Below the pieces are notes generated by a model. That model saw only the letters and a program-made list of their open reading frames with translations. It had not been told where the DNA came from and searched no databases. Positions 38,990-47,965 of a DNA stretch of 64,000 nt are shown here, piece by piece (position 1 is the first letter of the stretch; each line of letters starts with the position of its first letter). Origin of the DNA: an uncultured Planctomycetaceae bacterium (lineage in GTDB: Bacteria > Planctomycetota > SZUA-567); contig CAYWFP010000006.1 in assembly GCA_964457365.1 (NCBI GenBank), positions 13,329 through 77,328 on the forward strand. The letters run 5' to 3'. Both the position numbers and the translations under genes were made by a program.

Positions 38990-41900
38990 TTAAAAGCGAA
39001 TCAGACTTCGCCCGCAGGTCCAGGCCAGAACCCGATTCGACATAACTCTAAAATCGACAACATATTCCAAGTCCGACCCGGCGGGTTTCACCCGGCAACG
39101 CGAATCGGAATCCACGGCAACGACCTCCCATGCGTCGGGCTTTCCCTGCAGGCCCAGTCCGCTCGCCTTGGCCGCGGCCTCCTTGGCGCACCAGTACTTC
39201 AACAGCGTTTCGGGCTCCCGAGCAGGAAGGCGGTCCAGTTCCGCTTGCGTAAATGACCGTTGCAGCCACGGCCCTACAGCCCGTGCGCCGGGAAGCTCGA
39301 GATCCACACCTGCCGGCCTGCCGTTTTCGCTGCACGCCGCCGCGGCCACGTCCTCCGCGTGGGTGATGGAGACCGTCGGCGGACGGGGCAGATGCGCGCA
39401 CCGGACCACCGGCATGCCGTTCTCGTCGTTGTCGATCCCCAGGTCCGCCGGCCCCAGCAGCATCCCGTGGTGCGCCCACGCCCACGCCGTCACCGCCTCC
39501 TTGGCGGCGATGCGCCCGAGGAGGTAGCTTATCCGGCGCGGGCTTCCGGCCGGGAAGGCGTAGTAGCGCTCCCGCTCGGCTTCGTCGAGGTAGACGTGCG
39601 CGAGTACGCGCTGCCAGATGCCCCAGCTCGATTCCAGGAACGTTTTGCTCAAGACATTCACCATACGGATGAGCAAGCCGGGCGCCTGCGTCTCGACCGG
39701 AACGCTTATGCGGGCCTCGAGTTGCGGGAAATTGATCCGTTCGATAAACCCCGGCGGACAGTCGAAGAGCCGTTTACGTCCCCCTTCGACCAGCATGATC
39801 GTTTGTTCGTCCGGGGTGATGAACTCGTAGCGCGTGTGGACGATGCCGTTCTCGATCCGCAGCGCGCCGCGGCAGAGTACCTGCGTCTCCGGCGCAACCC
39901 GGGCGAAGATAGTGATGCGCTCCATGGCGAAGGGGAAGACGCCGAAGCTGTGCCGCTCGCTCCGCTCGACCAGCCAGTAGGCGACCAACTGCCCCGCGCA
40001 GTCCAGGAGCAGCGGCTCAAGCGCCAGCGTCGGTGCCGGATGGTCCGGGAAATACCGGCGCGGATCGCTCTCGCGGATTACCGCCTCGTAGCCGTGGGCG
40101 TCCATCCAGTTCACCTTCCGGATACCCTGCAGCGACGGGCCGTGAAACAGGAAATAGCGGTAGAACTCGTCGACCGTGACGCGGGGAGGCCGGGCCTCGG
40201 CATCGGGCCGGATCTCCGAAGAAGGCGCGGCGGGGTATTCGTCGGCGCAGACCACCACGGCCTCCAACACCAGTGCGCGCGCTTCCTCGTCGGCGAGTTC
40301 ATACACGCGCACGCGCGCGGCGCGCTCCGCCGGCTCGGATCCGATCCGCTCGGCCTGCAGTTCGATGCCGACGGCACCACGATCAAGTGCGAGCCAGCGC
40401 ATGCCGCGCACCTCGTCCAGCCGGATCGCCATGCCGCCAAGAAGCGCTACCGCCGCCTCGGCGACCGCTTCGATGCTGAACGCCATCGGCTGCACCGGCA
40501 GGCCCGACTCTGGCGCCGTCTGCGCGACCTTCCCCGCGCGGCCGAAACAGTGATCCAGCAGGTACCGGTCCTCTCCGGCGGCCAGCCGCCGGCGCGCGAC
40601 CAGGCGCGTCGGGCTCCGCTCGACCACCTCGCCCAGGAGCGGAGCAGAAGGTTTTGTCCCCGTCGGGCTCGGCGCCGTCTCCGGCGGCCGAACGCGTGGT
40701 GACGCGGCGGGCTGTTGCAAGCGTGCGACAAGCAGGGCGTGCAGGCGCGCCTGGCTTTCGAGAAACCGGTTCATCAACTCGAAATGGGCCTTGACGATCT
40801 CCGCGCGGTCGACCGGCACCCGCTGCGGCAACGCGGGTGGCGGGGGCGCGGATGGGATCGCGGTCGTCGGAGAAGGCGCGTGTTCGTCCGCGGATGCCGG
40901 CCTCACCGGCGGCAACAACTCGTCCAGGCTTGCAGGCTCCGGCGAGCCTTCGGCCAAGAGCGCTTCGGCGTTCCACGGCACGCCGGCGACGTACAACTGC
41001 CCGAGTCCGTCCAGAAAGCTCTGCAGGCTCGGCTCCGCGCCCATGGCCAGCGCCGTGTGCGGCCGTCCGCGCAGGATGTCGCCGACGAACGGAGTGAGCA
41101 GGTTTCCCGGTCCGACTTCGAGAAAGGTGCGCACGCCGTCCTCGTGGAGCCGTTCGACGGTCTCGCGGAAGCGCACCGTGTGGACGAGCTGGTTGCGGAT
41201 CGTCTCGAGCATGGCTTCGGATTCTTCCGGCATGGGTCCCACGGCATAACAACTGAAGAGCGGAATCGTCCCGCCCCGCAGACGCAACCGCGCGAAGAAC
41301 CCGTCGTAACGCTGGAGCCGCTTCGCGAAGAGCGGCGTATGGAACGGCAGATCGAAAGGGATCGGCAGGCAGATCGCGCCCGCCTCCTGCAGACGGTCGA
41401 TGGCCCGCTCCATCGCCTCGTCATCGCCGAAGAGGACGAGTTGGTGCGGCGCGTTGTCCATGGTCAGAAAGACGCGCTCGCCATCGACCACGTCGGCGAG
41501 GCAGTCGCGGTCGCGTACACTCACGGCCACACTGCGCCCGCGCGGGACCGTCTCGCTCCGCTCCACCTCGCGGGCGAAATCCGCCAGTTCCCGCAAGAGC
41601 TGCAGGTATTCGCCGCGTTCGATACGGCTGCTTCCGCTGGCGACGAGGGCGATGTTCTCCCCGTTACTGTGACCGAGCATCGCGTCGACGGGAACGCCAA
41701 GCCGCCCGAGCAGATCGCAGAGCCCCAGCGTGCCGACGACCACCGCCGCGCCGCCGGCGTTGATGTCCAGAAGAAAACGCTTCACCGCTTCGCCTTGTTC
41801 TCCCGTCAATACGGCCGGCGGATGGAGCAGCGTACTGACCGCGTTCTCCTGCGGATGCGCGAAGGTCGCGTCGAGCTGGTCGAACGCGGACCTTATCGAC

Positions 41901-43339
41901 GGGAACGCCAGCGCCAGGTCGTGCATCATGCCGGTCTGCTGGGCGCCCTGTCCGGGCATCAGCCAGGCGACCGTTCCCCGCTCGGTTTCGACCGCGACGC
42001 CGTACCATATGCCGTACCGCGTCCGCAGTCTTCCCTTCTCCGGCAGCAGCGGTCGAATCCGCCGAAGCTTCTGCAGCAATTCCAGGCTGTCGCTCGCGCG
42101 GACCGCCAGCCGCGCCGGGCCGTCCGCCTCTGGCAGCAACGCCTGCGCCAACGACTCCGCCGAGACGTCCGGTCGGGTTTCGAGCCGGCGGATCAAATCG
42201 TCGATCCGTGCGAGCATGGCTTGCGGCGACGGCGCGCCGAGGAGAAACAACGTTTCCGTCCGGATCGGCGTGCGCGGAGCGCGCCCGCTCGCGGCTTCGC
42301 ACAACCGCCAATGACAGGCCATTCCGCCGGGTTCGACGGAGGTGATGCCCACGCGTCGGAGATCGGCCTCTGCGCGGAACCACGCGCGGGCGCTCGTGTC
42401 GACCCGCATGTTCGCGTCTGTCGTCGTCGCGCCGGAGAGCGGCGGCAGCAGTTTCTCCCGGAGCGCCAGGCAGCCGCAGAACAGCGCGCCCAATCCCGCC
42501 GCCGCGCCGGCGTGGTCGAAGACGTTCTTCTCGCATCCCAACGTCACCACCGGCAGCGCGAGTCCCGGCGGCAGGCGCGATTCGAGGGACTCCAGTTCCC
42601 GTCGGTCCTGAGACGGGCCGCCGCCGCTCAGGAGTTGCCATGACGGCGGCAGCGGTTCATTCGGATAGGCCGTCTCCAGCAACGCGTCCAACGTGTCTCG
42701 CGAAGCATGCGGCCAGGCGAGCTCCGGCTCGTGTACGCGAATGATCGCTTCGAGTACGGCGTAGGCCTTCGTATTCTCCGTCTCGCGGCTCAGCACCAGG
42801 CAGACCCCGCCGGCCATGGGAAGGATGCCCTCTGCGCCATCGGCGAGTGCGCGCATGGGCGTATTGAGCAGCAAGCCGCTTCCGCGCAGGTGCAGCAGCA
42901 GCGCTTCGGGGATCATGCGCTGCACCGCCAGGAGGGCCACGGTCGGGGACGCCTCCAGCATCCTTCCCGCCACGTTCAGCAATGCGCCCGAATCCGAGAG
43001 CGGCGCGTGAAAGCGGAGGTACGGGTAGTCCTTCGCCAGCGAAGCGGCCCAATCCGGCGGGGCGACGACATCGACAGCCGGCGCGACACCGCCGGGCCGC
43101 GCCAGAATTCGGGCGTACTCCGTCTCTGTCGCGTACAGCAGCGGGATCTTCGTCTCGGGCTCGACTCCCGCGTCGCGCAACGCTCCACGTACGAGCGCGG
43201 CCGGGTCGGGAATCGGCGCGCGCGTCGCTTCGGGAGGACGCCCCGGACTGCGCAGCAGCGCCCAGATATCCTCGAGCGTATTGTACTGCGCCAGGTGGGC
43301 GCTCACGCCGATGATCGCGAGTGGTCCGCTCGGATTCAT
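38990..43339 (-). CDS. Polyketide synthase subunit: degenerate KS-like (KS0), AT, PKS-type DH, C-terminal Sfp-type phosphopantetheinyl transferase (1449 aa)
   Basis: KS0: LAIIGVSAHL... with no active-site Cys. AT: GHSNGE. DH: YFLFHGPSLQGI and LLDCAGQL (DxxxQ). PPTase: GVDLE and WCAKEAAAKASGLG, plus the first-half LGRIAAKEAV. Confidence 0.85.
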   Translation of the reverse strand: MNPSGPLAIIGVSAHLAQYNTLEDIWALLRSPGRPPEATRAPIPDPAALVRGALRDAGVEPETKIPLLYATETEYARILARPGGVAPAVDVVAPPDWAASLAKDYPYLRFHAPLSDSGALLNVAGRMLEASPTVALLAVQRMIPEALLLHLRGSGLLLNTPMRALADGAEGILPMAGGVCLVLSRETENTKAYAVLEAIIRVHEPELAWPHASRDTLDALLETAYPNEPLPPSWQLLSGGGPSQDRRELESLESRLPPGLALPVVTLGCEKNVFDHAGAAAGLGALFCGCLALREKLLPPLSGATTTDANMRVDTSARAWFRAEADLRRVGITSVEPGGMACHWRLCEAASGRAPRTPIRTETLFLLGAPSPQAMLARIDDLIRRLETRPDVSAESLAQALLPEADGPARLAVRASDSLELLQKLRRIRPLLPEKGRLRTRYGIWYGVAVETERGTVAWLMPGQGAQQTGMMHDLALAFPSIRSAFDQLDATFAHPQENAVSTLLHPPAVLTGEQGEAVKRFLLDINAGGAAVVVGTLGLCDLLGRLGVPVDAMLGHSNGENIALVASGSSRIERGEYLQLLRELADFAREVERSETVPRGRSVAVSVRDRDCLADVVDGERVFLTMDNAPHQLVLFGDDEAMERAIDRLQEAGAICLPIPFDLPFHTPLFAKRLQRYDGFFARLRLRGGTIPLFSCYAVGPMPEESEAMLETIRNQLVHTVRFRETVERLHEDGVRTFLEVGPGNLLTPFVGDILRGRPHTALAMGAEPSLQSFLDGLGQLYVAGVPWNAEALLAEGSPEPASLDELLPPVRPASADEHAPSPTTAIPSAPPPPALPQRVPVDRAEIVKAHFELMNRFLESQARLHALLVARLQQPAASPRVRPPETAPSPTGTKPSAPLLGEVVERSPTRLVARRRLAAGEDRYLLDHCFGRAGKVAQTAPESGLPVQPMAFSIEAVAEAAVALLGGMAIRLDEVRGMRWLALDRGAVGIELQAERIGSEPAERAARVRVYELADEEARALVLEAVVVCADEYPAAPSSEIRPDAEARPPRVTVDEFYRYFLFHGPSLQGIRKVNWMDAHGYEAVIRESDPRRYFPDHPAPTLALEPLLLDCAGQLVAYWLVERSERHSFGVFPFAMERITIFARVAPETQVLCRGALRIENGIVHTRYEFITPDEQTIMLVEGGRKRLFDCPPGFIERINFPQLEARISVPVETQAPGLLIRMVNVLSKTFLESSWGIWQRVLAHVYLDEAERERYYAFPAGSPRRISYLLGRIAAKEAVTAWAWAHHGMLLGPADLGIDNDENGMPVVRCAHLPRPPTVSITHAEDVAAAACSENGRPAGVDLELPGARAVGPWLQRSFTQAELDRLPAREPETLLKYWCAKEAAAKASGLGLQGKPDAWEVVAVDSDSRCRVKPAGSDLEYVVDFRVMSNRVLAWTCGRSLIRF

Positions 43340-43348
43340 TCTCGGCCT

Positions 43349-44020
43349 CTACGCCTTCTCGATCCGCAGTTCGAATCCGAGTGAAGCCAGACCTTCTTCG
43401 GGCGAATAGATTTTGGCGTGGTCGGCGATGCCGGCCTCCTCGACAAACGCCTGCACTTCACCGGGCGTGAACTTGCCGTCGAGGACGCTGTTCTCGACGC
43501 CGGCTTTCGCGCGCATTCTGTTGAATGATGCCAGCGCCTCGGGATGCGGATCGCGCCGTACGTCGTGAATGACGGCGACCCCGCCCGGGGCGAGGACGCG
43601 GTCGATCTCCCGGAACGCCCGCACCGGATCGGGCCAGTGGTGAATCGTGCTGCGGCTGACGACCAGGTGCGCCGAACCGTCGCGGCACGGCAGTGCGTGC
43701 ACGTCGCCGGCCAGGAGGTGCACGCGGTCGGCGCAGTCGTCCTCGACCACCGCGCGTTTCGCCTCGCCGAGCATGTCCTGGTAATAATCCAGGCCGATCA
43801 ATCGCATTCGCGACAGATCCGGCATCGCCGCCAGCTTGAGCAGGACCTGCGCCGTGCCGGCGCCCACGTCCAGGAGCGCTGCGTCCGCGGGCTGCCGCCG
43901 GTATTCCCGCCCGATGCGCTCGATGAAGATCCTGTCGAACGGCTCGATATAATCCTGGGTGAATTTGTCGTACAGCTCCGCCGAGTAGCGCACGCGGATG
44001 CCTTGCTCTTCCCCGTTCAT
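43349..44020 (-). CDS. Class I SAM-dependent methyltransferase
   Basis: Start MNGEEQG overlaps the upstream stop (ATGA). LLDVGAGTAQV glycine-rich SAM motif, and acidic loop VAVIHDVRRD. Confidence 0.8.
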   Translation of the reverse strand: MNGEEQGIRVRYSAELYDKFTQDYIEPFDRIFIERIGREYRRQPADAALLDVGAGTAQVLLKLAAMPDLSRMRLIGLDYYQDMLGEAKRAVVEDDCADRVHLLAGDVHALPCRDGSAHLVVSRSTIHHWPDPVRAFREIDRVLAPGGVAVIHDVRRDPHPEALASFNRMRAKAGVENSVLDGKFTPGEVQAFVEEAGIADHAKIYSPEEGLASLGFELRIEKA

Positions 44021-45435
44021 GACGTTCCTTTCCCGCTTCGGTGCAGCGCGGAGAGAGAACGCGCGGCCGCCTCGACGCTCTCGGTCGCCGGAACTCCCCG
44101 CCCGCGCAGATAGGCCAGGCCCGCGCGAACCGTCGACTCCGCGCCCCAGACGAGGTGAACCTGCGGCTGCGGATAGGTCGCGTGCAGCGCGACGAGTCCG
44201 GCGAGTTGTTTTTCCAGGTAGCCGTCCCAATACCAGTTGCACGTGACCAGGGCGTCGACGCCGGGATTCTCCAGCACCGCGCGCATGCACGCGTCGACGC
44301 GCGCCGGATCGGCCATCACCGCGGGGGTGATGTCGAGCGGGTTGGCGTGGCTGGCGAAGGGCGGGATCAGCGCGCGGATGTTCTCGCGCGCCGCGTCTTC
44401 AAGCGGCGGAAGTGTCAGACCGTGCACGACGAGCCGGTCGACCAGGTTCACTCCGACGCCGCCGAGAGTGGTGACGACGCCGACACCACTGCCGCGCAGC
44501 GGTCGCCCCGTGGCCATGACGGCGAGGGCCTCGACCAACTCGGATACGGTCTCGACGAGGATGACGCCGCGTTCAAGCAGCAGTTCCCGCAGCGCCGCCG
44601 CCTCGGCCGCATCGGCGCCGGTATGACGTCTGCACGCCTTCACGCCCGTGTCGCTGCGCCCGCCTTTGAGGAGGACGATCGGCTTGCCGACTTTCCACAG
44701 CGCGCTCAGTCCCGCGTCAAGCGCATTCGGGTCGGATGTGTTCTCCAGGTATGCACCCACGCGTGGCGTCTGCGGATCCTCCGCGTAATACGCCAGAAGT
44801 TCGCCGAAAGTCAGGTCGGCCTCGTTGCCGCTGCTGACCATGCGGCTATAGCCGACGCCGCGCGCGCCCAGTCCCTCGAAGACGCGGGCGCAGATGCCGC
44901 CGCTCTGGCCGACGAAGCTGAAGCTCTGCGGATAACTGAGGTGCGATTCGTCCAGCGGCTGCAGCAGGAGGAAGTTCGCCATCAATTTCGACGGCGTCGA
45001 GAGCACGCCCATGCAGTTGGGACCACAGAGAAGCAGACCGAACTCGCGTGCCGTTTGGCGCAGATTCTCTTCCAGCGCTTCGCCCGCCTCGCCCGCCTCG
45101 CCGTACCCGCTGGTCAGGACGATTACGGCTTTGACACCGGCCTGTGCGCAGTCCGCGAGGGTATTCGGCACCAGCGGCGGCGGCAGGGCGATGATCGCGA
45201 GTTCCGGCGATTCGGGAAGATCCGCGAGCGACTTGTAGCAGCGGCGGTTCAGGATCTCGTCGTACTTGGGATTGACCGGGTAGATCCCGCCCGGAAAGCC
45301 CGCGCGTTTCAACGCCAGCACCGGCTGGCCGCTGGGCTTGAAGGGATCCGCGGAGGCGCCGACGACCGCCACGGCATTGGGCGCGAAGAGCGCCCGGAGA
45401 GCCGTCCGGCGATGAGCGGAGAGGACGGCGCTCAT
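44017..45435 (-). CDS. Acyl-CoA synthetase (NDP-forming) alpha-subunit-like protein (CoA-binding plus succinyl-CoA-synthetase-like domains), no beta/ATP-grasp partner
   Basis: AVVGASADPFKPSG CoA-binding Rossmann start and the ACD-alpha architecture (about 473 aa). ATGA overlaps on both sides. Confidence 0.7.
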   Translation of the reverse strand: MSAVLSAHRRTALRALFAPNAVAVVGASADPFKPSGQPVLALKRAGFPGGIYPVNPKYDEILNRRCYKSLADLPESPELAIIALPPPLVPNTLADCAQAGVKAVIVLTSGYGEAGEAGEALEENLRQTAREFGLLLCGPNCMGVLSTPSKLMANFLLLQPLDESHLSYPQSFSFVGQSGGICARVFEGLGARGVGYSRMVSSGNEADLTFGELLAYYAEDPQTPRVGAYLENTSDPNALDAGLSALWKVGKPIVLLKGGRSDTGVKACRRHTGADAAEAAALRELLLERGVILVETVSELVEALAVMATGRPLRGSGVGVVTTLGGVGVNLVDRLVVHGLTLPPLEDAARENIRALIPPFASHANPLDITPAVMADPARVDACMRAVLENPGVDALVTCNWYWDGYLEKQLAGLVALHATYPQPQVHLVWGAESTVRAGLAYLRGRGVPATESVEAAARSLSALHRSGKGTS

Positions 45436-46046
45436 GAGGTGGCGAGCAGTCGTCGGCCGGCTTCGAAGGCGCCCCGGTTCAACTCGCGCAGCTTGGGCTT
45501 GAGGACCAGGGGCAATGCTTCCAGATAACGCCCGGCCGGCAGATCCAGCGCGCCGCACGCGGCCAACGCGCCGAGCATGACCACGTTGGTCGCCTTGGCG
45601 TTGCCGGTCTCCTGCGCGGCCTTGACCGCCGGCAGCAGCTTCGTCGCGGGAGCGAGTGTCGAGAGCGCTTCGGCGATAGCGTCCACCGCAGGATAGGTCG
45701 CCTTGCCGCTGAGGACGGCGATGGGGTAGATCGGCCGGTCGCTGGCGAGAACCGTGGTCTCCGGATTGCCGTAGTCGGCCAGCACGCGCAACGTCTCCAG
45801 GGGTTCGAGCCCGACGATGACGTTGGCCTTGCCGCGCGGGATGAGCGGCCCCGTGCGCAGCGTCGGATGCAGGCGGACGTGGCTCATCACCGCGCCGCCG
45901 CGTTGACTGGCGCCGAAGGTCTCGCCGACGCTGACCTGGTAACCCGCCGCCACGGCCGCGGTCGCCAGCAGGCGCGAGGCGAGGACGTTGCCCTGGCCGC
46001 CGACGCCGGTGATGATGACGTTGAGGGGATCCGTAAGCGCGATCAT
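45432..46046 (-). CDS. iorB: Indolepyruvate:ferredoxin oxidoreductase beta subunit
   Basis: IITGVGGQGNVLASRLL motif, 204 aa; its ATG overlaps the iorA stop (ATGA). Confidence 0.8.
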   Translation of the reverse strand: MIALTDPLNVIITGVGGQGNVLASRLLATAAVAAGYQVSVGETFGASQRGGAVMSHVRLHPTLRTGPLIPRGKANVIVGLEPLETLRVLADYGNPETTVLASDRPIYPIAVLSGKATYPAVDAIAEALSTLAPATKLLPAVKAAQETGNAKATNVVMLGALAACGALDLPAGRYLEALPLVLKPKLRELNRGAFEAGRRLLATS

Positions 46047-47965
46047 GCGCCGCCCTCCGGCACGAGCTCGGCTGCGGCGATGGCGCCGGCCGGGCAGAGT
46101 TGCGCGCAGACGCCGCAGCCGTTGCATAGCGTCTCGTCGATCCGCGCCTTGTTCGTCGCGTCGTCCCAGACGGTACCGGGGCAGGCGAATTTTCGCGAGC
46201 AGAGCCCGCAGCCGGCGCAGCGTTCGGGATCGACGCGCAGAACGGTCTTGGTTTTCTCGCGCGCGGCTTGCAACGCGCACGGTTGCCGCAGGATCAGGAC
46301 GCGCGGTCCGGTCTGCTGCAACAGGTCGTAGACGGCCGTCTCGGTCGCCTGCAGGTCGAACGGATCGCGCACGGTGACCGGCAGTCCGATGCCTTCAAGG
46401 AGCGACTCCATCCCCACCCGCGCGGCGTCGACACCGCTGGCGCTGGTCGGCAATCCCGGGTGCGGCTGGTGTCCGGTCATGGCGGTGGTGTGGTTATCCA
46501 GAACGACCAGCAGGACGTCGGCGTTGAGGTGTTTGGCCTCGACGAAGGCCGGGAGGCCCGCGTGGTAGAACGTGCTGTCGCCCAGCACCGCCACCACCGG
46601 ACGCTTGAAATCGAACCGCCCGAGCCGTCCGAGTCCCGTGGCCATGCCGACGCCCGCGCCCATGCAATGTACCGAGCGCAGCACGCCGTAGCCTGTCTTA
46701 CCGAGCGCGAGGGTATAACAGCCGATGTCGCCCAAAACGATAGCGCCGCGCCCGTCTCGATCGACCGCACGGTACATGGCCCAGAAGCCGGCCCGGTGAC
46801 CGCAGCCGGCGCAGAAGGTATGTTCGCGCTTGGGCATCTCCTGATCGAGCAGCTTCTCCGCCGCGGCGGTATCGGTGAATCGTCTCGTCGCGCGCTCGCC
46901 GCCGAAGACGCTCTGGATCGCGTTTATCACCAGATCCGGATCCATCTCGCCCACGCCCGGGCCGTGCGGGCCCGCGACCGTGCCGTCCATTTTGCCGCGG
47001 AAGCGGGTCATGCCGATTTCGCTCATATGCAGCGCCGTCCATGCCATGACGCTCTCTTCGACGAATCCGGCGGTCTCTTCGACAAAGACCACCTCCGCCG
47101 CCGGCGCGAGCGCCTTCGCGAGCAATTCGTCCGGCAGGGGGAAGCTTGTCCCGAGCCGCAGCAGGCCGACCTCGCCGCTGAGGCCCAGCAGGCGGATCGC
47201 CTCGGCCGCGTGCAGGGCACAGACGCCGGTGGCGATGACCAGCTTCTTCACCCCTTCGGGGCCGGCGTAAACGTTGAACGGCGACTGCTCGTGCAGTCCC
47301 TTGACCGCCGCGAGCCGTTTCTTTACAGCGGCGTGAAACATGCCCAGCGTCAGAAAGCGCTCCTCCGGGCCGATATCGGCCTTCCGCTCGCGCGGCGGCA
47401 ACTCGCCCAGGGTGACGTTCCCGGAGCCATGGCAGATGCGCGTGGTGAGGCGCACCGCCACCGGCAGGCCGATTTTTTCGGAAACGTCGAAAGCCGCGCG
47501 CGTCATCTCCTTGGCGTCGTGCACGGTGGCGGCTTCCCAGACGGGGATTTCGGCGGCCTTGAGAAACGCGCGGCAGTCCTCCTCCTTGACGCCCGAATGC
47601 GCGCCGCAGTCGTCGCCGACGACGATGACCATGCCGGCCTTGACGCCGGTGTAGGCCAGGGCGGTCAGAAAGTCGAGCGTGACGTTGAGGCCGTCGGGCT
47701 TCATCGAGACGAGCGCGCGCAAACCCGCCAGACTCGCGCCGGCAGCCGCCTCCATCGCCACGATCTCGTTGATCGACCATTCCGCGACGATGCCCGCCTC
47801 TTCCGCAACCGCGGCGAGCGAGCCCATGATTTCCACCGTCGGCGAGCCCGGATACGACGCGGCCATCTGCGCGGCGCCTTCGAGCACGCCGCGCGCCGCC
47901 GCCTCGTTGCCGTTGAGGAGAAGCGCGCCCCCGGGGTCGTCGCGCAGGATCAAGTGGTCGCTCAT
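46043..47965 (-). CDS. iorA: Indolepyruvate:ferredoxin oxidoreductase alpha subunit (TPP-binding, two 4Fe-4S ferredoxin motifs)
   Basis: Start MSDHLILRDD at 47965 (ATGA overlap with upstream gene). TPP motif GDIGCYTLA...GDSTFYHAG. Ferredoxin motifs CAGCGLCSRKFACP and CNGCGVCAQLCP. Confidence 0.85.
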   Translation of the reverse strand: MSDHLILRDDPGGALLLNGNEAAARGVLEGAAQMAASYPGSPTVEIMGSLAAVAEEAGIVAEWSINEIVAMEAAAGASLAGLRALVSMKPDGLNVTLDFLTALAYTGVKAGMVIVVGDDCGAHSGVKEEDCRAFLKAAEIPVWEAATVHDAKEMTRAAFDVSEKIGLPVAVRLTTRICHGSGNVTLGELPPRERKADIGPEERFLTLGMFHAAVKKRLAAVKGLHEQSPFNVYAGPEGVKKLVIATGVCALHAAEAIRLLGLSGEVGLLRLGTSFPLPDELLAKALAPAAEVVFVEETAGFVEESVMAWTALHMSEIGMTRFRGKMDGTVAGPHGPGVGEMDPDLVINAIQSVFGGERATRRFTDTAAAEKLLDQEMPKREHTFCAGCGHRAGFWAMYRAVDRDGRGAIVLGDIGCYTLALGKTGYGVLRSVHCMGAGVGMATGLGRLGRFDFKRPVVAVLGDSTFYHAGLPAFVEAKHLNADVLLVVLDNHTTAMTGHQPHPGLPTSASGVDAARVGMESLLEGIGLPVTVRDPFDLQATETAVYDLLQQTGPRVLILRQPCALQAAREKTKTVLRVDPERCAGCGLCSRKFACPGTVWDDATNKARIDETLCNGCGVCAQLCPAGAIAAAELVPEGGA

